The notes beneath the pieces are model-generated. The model searched no databases. It was given only the letters and a program-made list of their open reading frames with translations, and had not been told where the DNA came from. Of a stretch of DNA of 64,000 nucleotides, positions 26,885 to 36,379 are shown piece by piece (the first letter of the stretch is position 1; every line of letters begins with the position of its first letter). A program made the translations under genes and the position numbers. The DNA is from Dehalococcoidia bacterium (lineage in GTDB: Bacteria; Chloroflexota; Dehalococcoidia; Bin125), in contig CAXXNO010000004.1 in the NCBI GenBank assembly GCA_963663235.2, positions 64,001-128,000 of the forward strand, read 5' to 3'.

Positions 26885-28258
26885 CTACTCCAGAGGCGTG
26901 TCGACGCCGGCGACCGTCACCTCCGGGAACGCGCTCAGGTAGGAGAACCAGAACGCCGTCCGGGAGGGCAACTGGCGCAGCTGGGCGCCGGCCAGCGGCC
27001 CATTCACGGCGCGGCCGCCGCCGTCCCAGCTTGAGCCGGTTTCGGCGTCGACGTAGGCGCCGTCGTCCGAACGGAACCTCAGCACGCGGCCGTCGACGGT
27101 GGGATCGAACGCGACGCCAAAGAGCGCTTGAGCGTCGATAAACACGACGACCGGCTGGCCGGCGACCACATCGTTCACAGCCAGCGTCCCGTGCGCCGTT
27201 ATCGGGTAGGCGCGGGCCGTCCCGTCGACCTCCACGCCCACCACAAGCTCCGTCGCCGGAAGACGCGGATCCTGGAAGATCTCGCTGTCGACGGGGAATG
27301 GCGGGCGCCGGTTCGCCTCGATGGCCCCCGCCAGCCCGGCGAAGGGGTCATCGTGGTACGGCCGCTCAAAGCCCGTGTCCGAGCTCAGCACGAGCGTGTC
27401 GGGGTGCTCCTCCAGCCAGTTTTCCCAGCGCACCGTGACGGACGGCAGGACGGTGAGCCGCGCGCCGGTGAGCGGTCCGACCACCGCTTCCCCGCCCGTC
27501 TGAAACCAGTAGGAGTTGGTCTGGCGATCGAACATCACCAGGTCGCTCTGCAAGAGAGCGTTGGTGTTTCCGAAGTTCAGAACCCGCCCGTCCAGCACAC
27601 GCTCGTACACCACGCCGCTGCGGCACAGCGGGCAATACGTAATCAGCACGGCGCGACCCCCGAGCGTCTCATCGACGATCTCGTGGAAGTTAAGGATGGA
27701 GATCGGAAATGCGTAGGGTTGGCCGTCATCGGCCACGTACCCCACCACGAGGACAGTGTTCCAGAGAAAGTCTGAGTCCGCCGCTTCCTCCGCGGTGATG
27801 TACCGCACGGTGCCCACCCGCTGTTGCGCCTCCGGCTCCAAGAGGTCGCGGTTGGCGTCCAGCGGCGGGATAGCGTCCACAAGATCAAGGATGGTCTCCT
27901 CGGACGCCTCCGCGAACGAAACCATCTGTCCGCGGAAAAGATCGAAGATGATGTCTTCGAGCGCGACACTGCGGATGGTGGTGTCGACACCGGCGATTAC
28001 GCCGCGATCACCGGCTTCGTTGAGCGCGGGGCTCGCGGACGACTCCGGCGCAGCCGCCGCATCAACGGCCTCCACCTCCTCAGCGACCGCTCCTGCGGTG
28101 ACGCCATGCTCGGCGCCCTCGGCGCTCTGCGTATCGCCGTCTCCGCCGCTACCGGAGCAGGCGGCGGCCACGATCCCGCCGACCATCAGCAGCGACGTCA
28201 AGCCAAGCGCCAGACGGCTCGATCGAACCGGGAAGCCGGACAGGGCGGTACGGCGCAT
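26885..28258 (-). CDS. DUF3179 domain lipoprotein
   Basis: Lipobox VAAAC, HEIVD, TYCPLC, FGNT..L..SDLVMFDRQTNS.W.Q, FWF. Confidence 0.85.
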   Translation of the reverse strand: MRRTALSGFPVRSSRLALGLTSLLMVGGIVAAACSGSGGDGDTQSAEGAEHGVTAGAVAEEVEAVDAAAAPESSASPALNEAGDRGVIAGVDTTIRSVALEDIIFDLFRGQMVSFAEASEETILDLVDAIPPLDANRDLLEPEAQQRVGTVRYITAEEAADSDFLWNTVLVVGYVADDGQPYAFPISILNFHEIVDETLGGRAVLITYCPLCRSGVVYERVLDGRVLNFGNTNALLQSDLVMFDRQTNSYWFQTGGEAVVGPLTGARLTVLPSVTVRWENWLEEHPDTLVLSSDTGFERPYHDDPFAGLAGAIEANRRPPFPVDSEIFQDPRLPATELVVGVEVDGTARAYPITAHGTLAVNDVVAGQPVVVFIDAQALFGVAFDPTVDGRVLRFRSDDGAYVDAETGSSWDGGGRAVNGPLAGAQLRQLPSRTAFWFSYLSAFPEVTVAGVDTPLE

Positions 28259-28316
28259 ACACAACCGGTACGAGGCGGTCCGAAGCGCGGATCGGCCTCA
28301 GCCGGGATATCTACCC

Positions 28317-28892
28317 TTATGGGGAGGAGATCAGCTCCTCCGAACGTCGCTCCAGGGTGGTGATCGCATCGACGCGGTTGTACATCCAGAGGGAGATCGG
28401 CTCCGTCACCTGCGGTAGATTCACGAGATAGGCCAGCAGTAGCCAGATGACCCCGGCCCACCAACCCACAGCGAAAAAATACACGGCGCGAATGTACGGC
28501 CGCTCTCGCACCTCTTGCTCGCGCTCCTTGGGCGTGGGCGGTCCAACGATGCGCTGGGAGGGCTCCGCAAGGCGCATCACCCGGGGCAACTGCTGCAGCG
28601 CCCAGGGACGGAATATGTAGCCGATGGCAGTGAAGTTCAGCACAGCCGCCGCGGCCACCAGCACGAGCCCGGCCATCCAGCCAAAGAACAGAAACCAGAT
28701 GACCCGCTCGGCGGGATGCCGCGGGCGGCGCGTCACCTCCACCACGACGCGCTCCGTCGTCTCGTCCACGCGGATGAACGTCGGCTTGGTCGCGTCCTCG
28801 CGGTCGCCGCGCTCGACCTCGGCCCCCTCCATCGGCCCGGCGGGGCCCTCTTCCCCTTGTGGCAATCGCGCCGGCTCGCGGTCTCGGTCCAT
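28317..28892 (-). CDS. Membrane protein with duplicated YccF-like segments
   Basis: Two similar segments, VIWFLFFGWMAG.. and AVYFFAVGWWAG.. Confidence 0.6.
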   Translation of the reverse strand: MDRDREPARLPQGEEGPAGPMEGAEVERGDREDATKPTFIRVDETTERVVVEVTRRPRHPAERVIWFLFFGWMAGLVLVAAAAVLNFTAIGYIFRPWALQQLPRVMRLAEPSQRIVGPPTPKEREQEVRERPYIRAVYFFAVGWWAGVIWLLLAYLVNLPQVTEPISLWMYNRVDAITTLERRSEELISSP

Positions 28893-29045
28893 CGGGCTCT
28901 CCCGTCGATGCGCCGTCTCGCGCTCGATGGCGAGGCTGCTCGCCAATCTTAGTGCGCGGCGACCGGCCGTGGAGATCCATCGTGACCGCCAGACGCATCT
29001 GCTACCGTTTGAGGCTGTCGTGCCGGCCGAGATGAGGTGCACACG

Positions 29046-30224
29046 ATGCTTCTACGAAACCTGCGGCTGATCGATGGCACGGGCGCGCTTCAGGAGCGCG
29101 TCGACGTCCGAATTCGCGACGGCCGCTTCGCCGAGATCGGCCCCGCGCTCAACCCAAACGCCGACGAGACGCACGACTTCGACGGCGCCACTGCCATCCC
29201 CGGCCTGATCGATGCGCACACCCACCTGAGCCTGAACGCCACCCCTCACGCCATCGAGGACGCGGCGAGCCAATCCCACCCCTACCAGGCGTTGCTGACC
29301 GCGAAACGGGCCGTCGCCCTCTTGGCGCAGGGGGTGACCACGGCGCGCGACATCGGCGGCGTCGCGCCGGTGATCCTGGCCGTCCGCGACGCGATCCGTG
29401 AGGGCCACGCGCGCGGGCCACGGATCATCACGGCCGGGCACTGGTTGACAGTGACGGGCGGTCACGGCTGGATGATCGGCGTAGAGGCGGACGGCGCCGA
29501 TGCCCTCCGCCGCGCGGTCCGAGCGGAGATCAAGGCCGGCTCCGACATGATCAAGGTGATGGCCAGCGGCGGCATCGTGGGGCCCGGACTGGGGCCCAAT
29601 GCGGTGCAATTCTCCGAAGAGGAGATGAGCGTCGCGGCGGGCGAGGCGCACGGCTCCGGACTGACCATCGCGGCGCACGCCCACGGCGAGGGAAGCATCC
29701 GCAACGCGGTGCGCGGCGGCGTCGACAGCGTGGAGCACGGTTCCTACCTCACCGAGGAGTTGATCGGAGAGATGTTGGAGCGGGGCACCTTCCTGACGCC
29801 GACGCTGGCGGTCGTCGGTTTCATCCTGGCCCGCGCCGACGACGCCGGCCTGCCCCCGCACAGCATCGAGAGCGCCCGCGCGCTCGCCGACACGCACCGG
29901 CGCAACATCGCCCTGGCGCATCGCCGGGGCATCCCGCTCGTGGCCGGCACCGACATGGGTGCACCCTTCACCGGACCCGACGCGCTGCACCAGGAGATCC
30001 ACGAGCTGGTCGCGATCGGCATGACGCCCATGGAGGCGATTCAAGCAGCGACGCTCAACGCCGCCCGCGCCATGCAACGGGAGCAGGAACTGGGGACCGT
30101 GCGGCCGGGCCGTCGGGCGGATCTGCTCGTGCTGGATGCCGACCCGCTCGCCGATATCGGCGCCACGCGGACGATCCGGCGCATCATCAAGGACGGCGAG
30201 TTCGTCACCCCCACTGAAGGGTGA
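29046..30224 (+). CDS. Amidohydrolase family protein (metal-dependent, prolidase-like subgroup)
   Basis: PGLIDAHTH, GGHG, IKVMASGG, AAHAHG, EHG, AGTD. Confidence 0.92.
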   Translation: MLLRNLRLIDGTGALQERVDVRIRDGRFAEIGPALNPNADETHDFDGATAIPGLIDAHTHLSLNATPHAIEDAASQSHPYQALLTAKRAVALLAQGVTTARDIGGVAPVILAVRDAIREGHARGPRIITAGHWLTVTGGHGWMIGVEADGADALRRAVRAEIKAGSDMIKVMASGGIVGPGLGPNAVQFSEEEMSVAAGEAHGSGLTIAAHAHGEGSIRNAVRGGVDSVEHGSYLTEELIGEMLERGTFLTPTLAVVGFILARADDAGLPPHSIESARALADTHRRNIALAHRRGIPLVAGTDMGAPFTGPDALHQEIHELVAIGMTPMEAIQAATLNAARAMQREQELGTVRPGRRADLLVLDADPLADIGATRTIRRIIKDGEFVTPTEG

Positions 30225-30246
30225 CCGGCACACGGGAAGGGAGCCG

Positions 30247-31458
30247 ATGATGGTCGCACCGCTTGACGGCGTCCGGGTGGTGGAGGTGGCCAACTGGCTG
30301 GCGGCGCCCGGCGCTGCAGCACTGATGGCCGATATGGGCGCCGAGGTGATCAAGGTGGAGCCGCCGGAAGGGGACGCCTACCGCAGCTTCCGTCTGGACA
30401 GGCTGTACGACTACCAGTTCGCCGCCAACTATGGGTTTGAGCTGGACAACCGCGGCAAGCGCTCCGTCACCGTGGCGCTTGACCAGCCCGGCGGCCCGGA
30501 TCTGGTCCTCCGCCTGTGCGAGCGGGCGGACATCTTTATCACCAACTTGATCCAGGCGCGACGCGAGCGCTACGGCCTCACCCCAGAGGCCGTGCGACGC
30601 GTGAATCCGCGCCTGGTCTACACCTCGTTCAGCGGCTACGGCTGTGAAGGACCCGACGCCGACCGGCCCGGCTTCGACTACGCCGCCTTTTGGGCCCGCG
30701 GTGGCTTGATGGCCGCGCTGCGCCAGCCGCCGGCTCCACCGCCGCTCTGCCGTCCCGGCCAGGGCGACCACGCCACTACCCTCAACCTGCTCGCGGGGAC
30801 GCTGGCGGCACTCCGTCTCCGCGACGCGACCGGCGAAGGCCAGGTTGTGGATGTGACACTCCTGGGCACGGGGATGTGGACCATCGGCACGGACTTCGCC
30901 GCGGCGCTGGTCGCGAAGAAACAGCCGAAGCCCCACGATCACACCATGCCCGGGAACCCGATGTGGAACACCTATGAGACCGCCGACGGACGCTGGCTGC
31001 TGGTGGTGATGCCGCAGCCCGACCGCTTCTGGCCGCGCTTCTGCGAGATGATCGGCCTGCCGGAGTGGGCGGCGGACCCGCGCTACGACTCGCTGGAGAA
31101 GCGGGCCGGCTTCACAGCCGAGCTGACGGCCGCCATCGCCCAGCGCTTTGCCGAGCACGACCTGGCCCATTGGGCCGAGCGCCTCGATGAGTTCAGCCTG
31201 ATCTGGGCGCCGGTGGCCGAGATCCCGGAAGTTCTGTCGGATCCCCAGGTGCGGGAGATAGGCGCCTTCACGACCATCGACCATCCCGAGCTGGGACGTT
31301 TCGAGACCATGAACACGCCGTTTCGGATTGAGAGCGCCGACATAGGCGTGCGCGGGCCGGCTCCAGCCGTCGGCCAGCACACGCAGGAAGTGCTGGAGGA
31401 GATCGGACTCGGCGACGACGAAATCGCCGCGCTCGCCGCCCAAGGGGTGTTCGGCTAG
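30247..31458 (+). CDS. Family III CoA-transferase (CaiB/BaiF)
   Basis: PLDGVRVVE, DMGAEVIKVE, NRGKRS, GQGDH, APAVGQHT. Confidence 0.93.
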   Translation: MMVAPLDGVRVVEVANWLAAPGAAALMADMGAEVIKVEPPEGDAYRSFRLDRLYDYQFAANYGFELDNRGKRSVTVALDQPGGPDLVLRLCERADIFITNLIQARRERYGLTPEAVRRVNPRLVYTSFSGYGCEGPDADRPGFDYAAFWARGGLMAALRQPPAPPPLCRPGQGDHATTLNLLAGTLAALRLRDATGEGQVVDVTLLGTGMWTIGTDFAAALVAKKQPKPHDHTMPGNPMWNTYETADGRWLLVVMPQPDRFWPRFCEMIGLPEWAADPRYDSLEKRAGFTAELTAAIAQRFAEHDLAHWAERLDEFSLIWAPVAEIPEVLSDPQVREIGAFTTIDHPELGRFETMNTPFRIESADIGVRGPAPAVGQHTQEVLEEIGLGDDEIAALAAQGVFG

Positions 31459-32630
31459 CCGCCCGCGCGCGTGCGGCTTCGGCGCCAGAGGAACGCTAGT
31501 AGAGCCAAGGCGATCGCCACACCGCCGATCGGGGCGACGATCGCAGCGATCAGCCCCGCATCAGACGATCCCTCTTTCTCCACCAGGAACAAATCGATGT
31601 GCGCGTCCGGCTCGGCGGACGGCTCAGCCCCGGCCTCGGACGGCTCGCCTCTCTGATCTACTTCTTTGCGCAGCACGTCGCCACGCGCTTCGATGGCGGC
31701 CAGCGCCCGTTCGAAGGTAGCGCTCGGCACCCGCAGCAGCAGGAACGCCGACTCCTCCTCTTCGTCCACGGTGATGATGACGCGATCCACCACGCCGTCC
31801 ATCGACGCCACCAGTGCTTGCACGCGTTCCACGCTCTCGTTGAGTGTCGACACGGCCACAGCCAGCGACGCCCTCGGCGGCTCCACGAACGGCGCCTCCG
31901 GCGGGAACAACGAGACCGTGATGGTGGCGAGGTCGACGCGGCGTAAGAGGAAGTTCAACTGTCCCTGGAAGACCTCGATCTGCGACCGCACGCGGGCCAG
32001 CTCCCGCTCAATCGTCAAAACGTCGGTGAGGTTCTGAACGCGATCGAGAAGCGCAAGCAGGCGCACCTCCTCCTGCTCCGCGGTCCGCAGGCGCGCCTCA
32101 AGATCGATGAACTGTTCAGTCACGTCCTCGCTGCCGACGAACTCGTCCAGGACATCTCCCAGCGCCTCGATCCGCTCCAGCGCGGCGAAAAACCCATCCT
32201 GCGGGACGCGGATCGTCAGCGTGGCCTGCTCCCGGTCCGCGCCGCCCGATCGCGATAGCTGCTCGACAAACCCCCCCGACGACTCCGCGATGCCCCGGAC
32301 TTGCGTGACGGCACTCGCAACCGATTCGACGGCCACCGACACGGAAGCGATATTGATGACCTTCCGCTCGGTGATCTGCGCCGCATCAGCACCCTCGGCC
32401 GCGAGTCCGCCCCCCGGCGCTACAGCGGCCACCGCGGCCTCGGCCGCCGCCTGATCGGCTGCATCCTCGAACTCTTCTCCGAAGTCGAAGTCCGGCACCA
32501 GGGCTTCTTCGATCACCGACTCTGGGGCGAACTGCGGAATCGCCGAAGCATCGCCGTCACCGCCGCAGGCGGCCAGGGCCAGCGCCAGCGGCAGCACAGT
32601 GAAGAGCAACGAGCGCGCGAGGAATCGCAT
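31455..32630 (-). CDS. DUF4349 domain lipoprotein
   Basis: Lipobox LAAC, ERKVI..ASV, TIRVP, EDVTEQFIDLEARL, C-terminal TM helix with basic tail. Confidence 0.82.
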   Translation of the reverse strand: MRFLARSLLFTVLPLALALAACGGDGDASAIPQFAPESVIEEALVPDFDFGEEFEDAADQAAAEAAVAAVAPGGGLAAEGADAAQITERKVINIASVSVAVESVASAVTQVRGIAESSGGFVEQLSRSGGADREQATLTIRVPQDGFFAALERIEALGDVLDEFVGSEDVTEQFIDLEARLRTAEQEEVRLLALLDRVQNLTDVLTIERELARVRSQIEVFQGQLNFLLRRVDLATITVSLFPPEAPFVEPPRASLAVAVSTLNESVERVQALVASMDGVVDRVIITVDEEEESAFLLLRVPSATFERALAAIEARGDVLRKEVDQRGEPSEAGAEPSAEPDAHIDLFLVEKEGSSDAGLIAAIVAPIGGVAIALALLAFLWRRSRTRAGG

Positions 32631-32730
32631 CGGCGTGCCTCTCAAAGCCGCAGACCACCCCAGCATCGGCGCGTACCCGCCGAGCATAGGGCGTCCACTG
32701 CCCAGCAATCTGGCCCGATCGAACAGTTAG

Positions 32731-32760
32731 TTGACACTTACGTAATCCGATGCTTATCAT
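32731..32760 (+). promoter_or_regulatory. Sigma70 promoter of the ArsR operon, probably leaderless
   Basis: TTGACA-N18-TATCAT, ATG 8 nt downstream, no RBS; palindrome TTACGTAA in the spacer. Confidence 0.65.
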
Positions 32761-32768
32761 CCCCCCCG

Positions 32769-33098
32769 ATGAACAGCGCGATACAGGCCATCGCCGAGCC
32801 GCGGCGGCGCGAAATCCTCCTGTTGGTCCGCGACGCGGAGCTCTCCGTCGGTGAGATCGCCTCCCACTTCGAGGTGTCCCGCCCGGCCATCTCGCAACAC
32901 CTCCGGGTGCTCCGCGATGCCGGCCTCGTCACGCAGAGGAAAGCCGGAACGCGCCGCCTTTACCAGGTCCGACCAGAGGGGCTGGAGGAGGTGCGCGCTT
33001 ACCTGGACCAGTTCTGGGCCGATCATCTGCTACGCCTCAAGAAAGCGGCGGAACAAGAAGCGAGGAGAGAGACACTCCATGCCAGCGACCGAACCTGA
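32769..33098 (+). CDS. ArsR/SmtB family transcriptional regulator
   Basis: AIAEPRRREIL, SRPAISQHLRVLRDAGLV, G.RRLY. Confidence 0.9.
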   Translation: MNSAIQAIAEPRRREILLLVRDAELSVGEIASHFEVSRPAISQHLRVLRDAGLVTQRKAGTRRLYQVRPEGLEEVRAYLDQFWADHLLRLKKAAEQEARRETLHASDRT

Positions 33099-33555
33099 CG
33101 CCGTCCAGCAAGAGATCCGCATCGCCGCACCTCCGGAAACCGTGTTCCCCTTCTTCACCGATCCCGAGAAGATGCTCCGCTGGAAGGGGATCGAGGCGGC
33201 CCTCGACCCGCGCCCGGGCGGGATGTACCGCGTCAACATCACGGGCAAGGACGTCGCGCGGGGGAAGTACGTCGAGGTGGTGCCGCCGAGCCGCGTGGTG
33301 TTCACGTGGGGCTGGGAAGAGGAAGGGAATCCCGTGCCTCCGGGATCGAGCACCGTGAAAGTGACACTGACGCCCGACGGGGACGGCACGCTCGTGCGGC
33401 TGACGCACCGCGGCCTGCCGCCCGACGCGCGCGCTCCGCACGGCGAAGGCTGGGCGCACTTCCTGCCTCGCCTGGCGACGGTCGCGGCCGGTGGGGATCC
33501 CGGACCCGACCCTTGGGCCACCTCCGCGATGCGTGAGAGCGGACCGACGCGCTGA
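33079..33555 (+). CDS. SRPBCC/AHSA1 domain protein
   Basis: IRIAAPPETVF..TDPE..W, DPRPGG.Y, RVVFTWGW, GT.VRLTH, HGEGW. Confidence 0.88.
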   Translation: MPATEPDAVQQEIRIAAPPETVFPFFTDPEKMLRWKGIEAALDPRPGGMYRVNITGKDVARGKYVEVVPPSRVVFTWGWEEEGNPVPPGSSTVKVTLTPDGDGTLVRLTHRGLPPDARAPHGEGWAHFLPRLATVAAGGDPGPDPWATSAMRESGPTR

Positions 33556-33602
33556 CCCCAGACGATCCACAGTCAGAAACGACGCCGAGAGGAGAGAGCA
33601 TC

Positions 33603-33950
33603 ATGCCGAATCCGGTCGTGCATTTTGAGATCATGGCCAAGGATGGCGCGAGAGCGGAGACCTTCTACTCCGAGCTGTTTGGCTGGAAGATCGACTCCAA
33701 CAATCCGATGAACTACGGCATCGTCGACAACGCCGGCGAGGGCATCAACGGTGGCGTCGGAAGCACGCCCGACGGCCAGGCGTTTGTCACCTTCTACGTC
33801 CAGGTGGACGATCTCCAAGCCTATCTCGACAAGGCCGTGAAGCTCGGCGGTAAGGTCTTGGTGCCCGTCACGGAGATCCCCAACATGGTGACCTTGGCGC
33901 AGTTCGAGGACCCCGACGGAAACCGGATCGGTCTCGTTAAGGAGATGTAG
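33603..33950 (+). CDS. VOC/glyoxalase family protein
   Basis: PVVHFEI, FYSELFGW, GINGG, FEDPDGN. Confidence 0.9.
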   Translation: MPNPVVHFEIMAKDGARAETFYSELFGWKIDSNNPMNYGIVDNAGEGINGGVGSTPDGQAFVTFYVQVDDLQAYLDKAVKLGGKVLVPVTEIPNMVTLAQFEDPDGNRIGLVKEM

Positions 33951-33957
33951 CGGCGCA

Positions 33958-34080
33958 CACGACGGGTGGCAGCGCGGCGCGAGGCGCTGGGGAGTGGAAC
34001 CGACGATCGAGTCCTGCTTCAATCACGTCGTCAGGCACTTCGCGGCGCACGCCAAGGCGTTCGCAGCGCGCTCGGCCGGA
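33958..34080 (+). pseudogene. 3' remnant of a DinB/MDMPI-like gene
   Basis: HDGWQRGARRWGVEPTIESCFNHVVRHFAAHAKAF aligns with the C-terminus of 5534-6025 (EWRRSVRRYGADRTIEAFFPAVTRHFESHSESV). Confidence 0.65.
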
Positions 34081-34094
34081 TCTAGAGGCCGGCG

Positions 34095-35093
34095 TCAGCC
34101 CTCGGCGCTGAGCCGGATCAAGATCCGGCCCCGCACCTTGCCCGCGAGGATCGTGGACGTCGCCTCCGGCACGCCATCAAGAGTCGTCTCTTGCGCGATC
34201 GAGTCCAGCAGGCCCTTCGGCTTGAGATCCCCGGCGATCCGCGGCCACAACTCGCGCCGCAAGTCCATCGGCGCGTAGACGGATTCGATCCCGACCAGTT
34301 TGACGCCGCGCAGGATGAACGGCATGACCGTAGTCTGAAACGCGGTGCCGCCAGTCAGCCCAGACAGCGCCACGACGCCCCCGGACTTCGCGGCGCGCAA
34401 GAGGTACGCCGTCGTGTCGCCTCCGACGGGGTCGACCGCGCCCGCCCAGCGCTCCTTCTCCAGCGGGCGCTCGCTCGCAGCACTCGCCTCCTCGCGGGAC
34501 AGGATCTCGCTGGCGCCGAGGCCGCGGAGATACTCATGCTCCCCCGCTTTCCCGGTGCTCGCCGCCACCGTATAACCGAGCCCGGCCAGCATCGCCACTG
34601 CCGTACTGCCGACGCCGCCGGTCGCGCCCGTGACCAGCACCGGGCCGGCCTCCGGCGTTATGCCGTACCGCTCCAGTTCGTACACCGAGAGGGCGGCGGT
34701 GAAGCCCGCCGTGCCCATCGCCATCGCCTCCTTGGTGCTCAGGCCCGCGGGCAAGGGCACCAGCCAGTCCGCCGGAACGCGCGCCAATTCAGCGAAGCCA
34801 CCCGGATGGGAGACGCCCAGGTCGTAACCGGTGAGGAGGACGCCGTCGCCTTCCTTGAAGCGGGCATCGCTGGAGGCCGCGACGTGGCCAGCGAGGTCGA
34901 TCCCCGGCGTCATCGGGTAGTTGCGGATCACCCAGCTTTTGGGGATGCAGGCTAGGCCGTCCTTGTAGTTGATCCCGGACCACTCGACGCGGACCGTGAC
35001 CTCGCCCGCCGGCAACTGGGACTCGTCGAGCGCGGTCACCTGGGCTGTGAACTGGTCATCGGTCTTGTTCACAACGAATGCGCGGTACGTCAT
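34095..35093 (-). CDS. YhdH/AcuI family MDR oxidoreductase (acryloyl-CoA reductase-like)
   Basis: INYKDGL, PGIDLAG, GTAGFTAA, TGATGGVG, PFILRG. Confidence 0.9.
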   Translation of the reverse strand: MTYRAFVVNKTDDQFTAQVTALDESQLPAGEVTVRVEWSGINYKDGLACIPKSWVIRNYPMTPGIDLAGHVAASSDARFKEGDGVLLTGYDLGVSHPGGFAELARVPADWLVPLPAGLSTKEAMAMGTAGFTAALSVYELERYGITPEAGPVLVTGATGGVGSTAVAMLAGLGYTVAASTGKAGEHEYLRGLGASEILSREEASAASERPLEKERWAGAVDPVGGDTTAYLLRAAKSGGVVALSGLTGGTAFQTTVMPFILRGVKLVGIESVYAPMDLRRELWPRIAGDLKPKGLLDSIAQETTLDGVPEATSTILAGKVRGRILIRLSAEG

Positions 35094-35341
35094 GGCACTG
35101 CCTCCGGGCCGGGAGTTCCATCCTCACGCCGCCCCTGAGGCGGCGCCTGCGACCCTATCGCACGCGGGCACACCTGTCACGGGGGCACCCCCTGAGATGC
35201 GCATCGCGGGGACGGGCGGGCTGTGATTCCTCAGCAACGCCGACGATCGTCGCAGGACTTCTGCGCGCCGGGGGTCATTCCCTTTAGAATCGACATGCAG
35301 TCGGGGTAGCGGGTGCTCCGACCAGGACGTGGAGCGGGACG

Positions 35342-36280
35342 ATGAGTGGCGCCGATCCCGACGAGCTGGACCGACACCTGATCACGGAGCTGGCGGCGGA
35401 CCCGCGTCGCTCGTATGCCGATCTGGGCAAGCGGCTGGGGACCTCCGGCACCACCGTGTCCGCGCGGCTCGACCGGCTCCGCTCCACGGGCGTGATCACG
35501 TTCAAGGCGGCTCCGAATCTCGCAGCGTTCGGGCTCACGACCGAGATCATCGGCAACGTCGAGGCGGACGTCGGGCAGACGGCCGAGACCATCCGCGTGC
35601 TGGAGACCTCGCCCAACGTGTTGCGGATCGACCAGATCGCCGGCGAGTTCAACCTCCATTTCACGGCGGCGTTCCCCAATGACAGCGCCGTCGCGGACTT
35701 TCTGCGGAAGGTGCGGGCGACACCGGGCGTGCGGCGCGTAGCGGTGGAGCACGTCGTGGAGAACGTGAAGCAATCCGACGGGTGGAGCGCCGCCTTCGCC
35801 ACGACGGCACCCGGAGAGCCTCGCACTTACGAGGTCGCGGCCGGCACGCGGGTGCCCAGCCATCTCGAGCCCTTTCTGGACACCGTCGCGAAATGGGCCT
35901 ACGCCTACGTCGCGGGAGACCTTGAGCGGCTGCGCGACGTGTCCGATCCCCACCTGGTCCTCGAGATCATTCGGCCCCAGTCACACGCAGGGACGTTCGA
36001 GGGGCTGGAGGCTGTGGCCTTCGCTGGGCACAAGATCCGCGAGCTGTACCGGCGCTGGTGGTATCGCATCGTGGCCGTCAACGAAGCGGCGCCGCCGTTC
36101 ACCCTGGTCGTCGATGCCATGAGCCCCGCCGAACGTGACGACGGGCGGGTGACGACCATCTTCTCCCGCAACGCCTTCGCCATCGAGGGGGAGAAGGTCG
36201 TGCGGGTCACCGGCTTCGGCGCCGTGCCTCTAGAGGATCCAGCCGTCGAGCTGCCGCCGGAGGCGCAGCCGACTCGCTGA
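35342..36280 (+). CDS. Lrp/AsnC regulator with an extra C-terminal, possibly NTF2-like domain
   Basis: DELDRHLITEL..DPRRSY HTH, AsnC ligand domain (IAGEFN), then a ~130-aa extension (GDLERL..GTFEG..EKVVRV). Confidence 0.7.
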   Translation: MSGADPDELDRHLITELAADPRRSYADLGKRLGTSGTTVSARLDRLRSTGVITFKAAPNLAAFGLTTEIIGNVEADVGQTAETIRVLETSPNVLRIDQIAGEFNLHFTAAFPNDSAVADFLRKVRATPGVRRVAVEHVVENVKQSDGWSAAFATTAPGEPRTYEVAAGTRVPSHLEPFLDTVAKWAYAYVAGDLERLRDVSDPHLVLEIIRPQSHAGTFEGLEAVAFAGHKIRELYRRWWYRIVAVNEAAPPFTLVVDAMSPAERDDGRVTTIFSRNAFAIEGEKVVRVTGFGAVPLEDPAVELPPEAQPTR

Positions 36281-36379
36281 CCGGTCCGTGTTTCCCGCAA
36301 TCCCAAACGTCCGAATCCGGCGGCGCAGCGTATGAATGGACATAGAGCGCCAGTCCGCTGGGTCGTGCCGGAGATGTGA

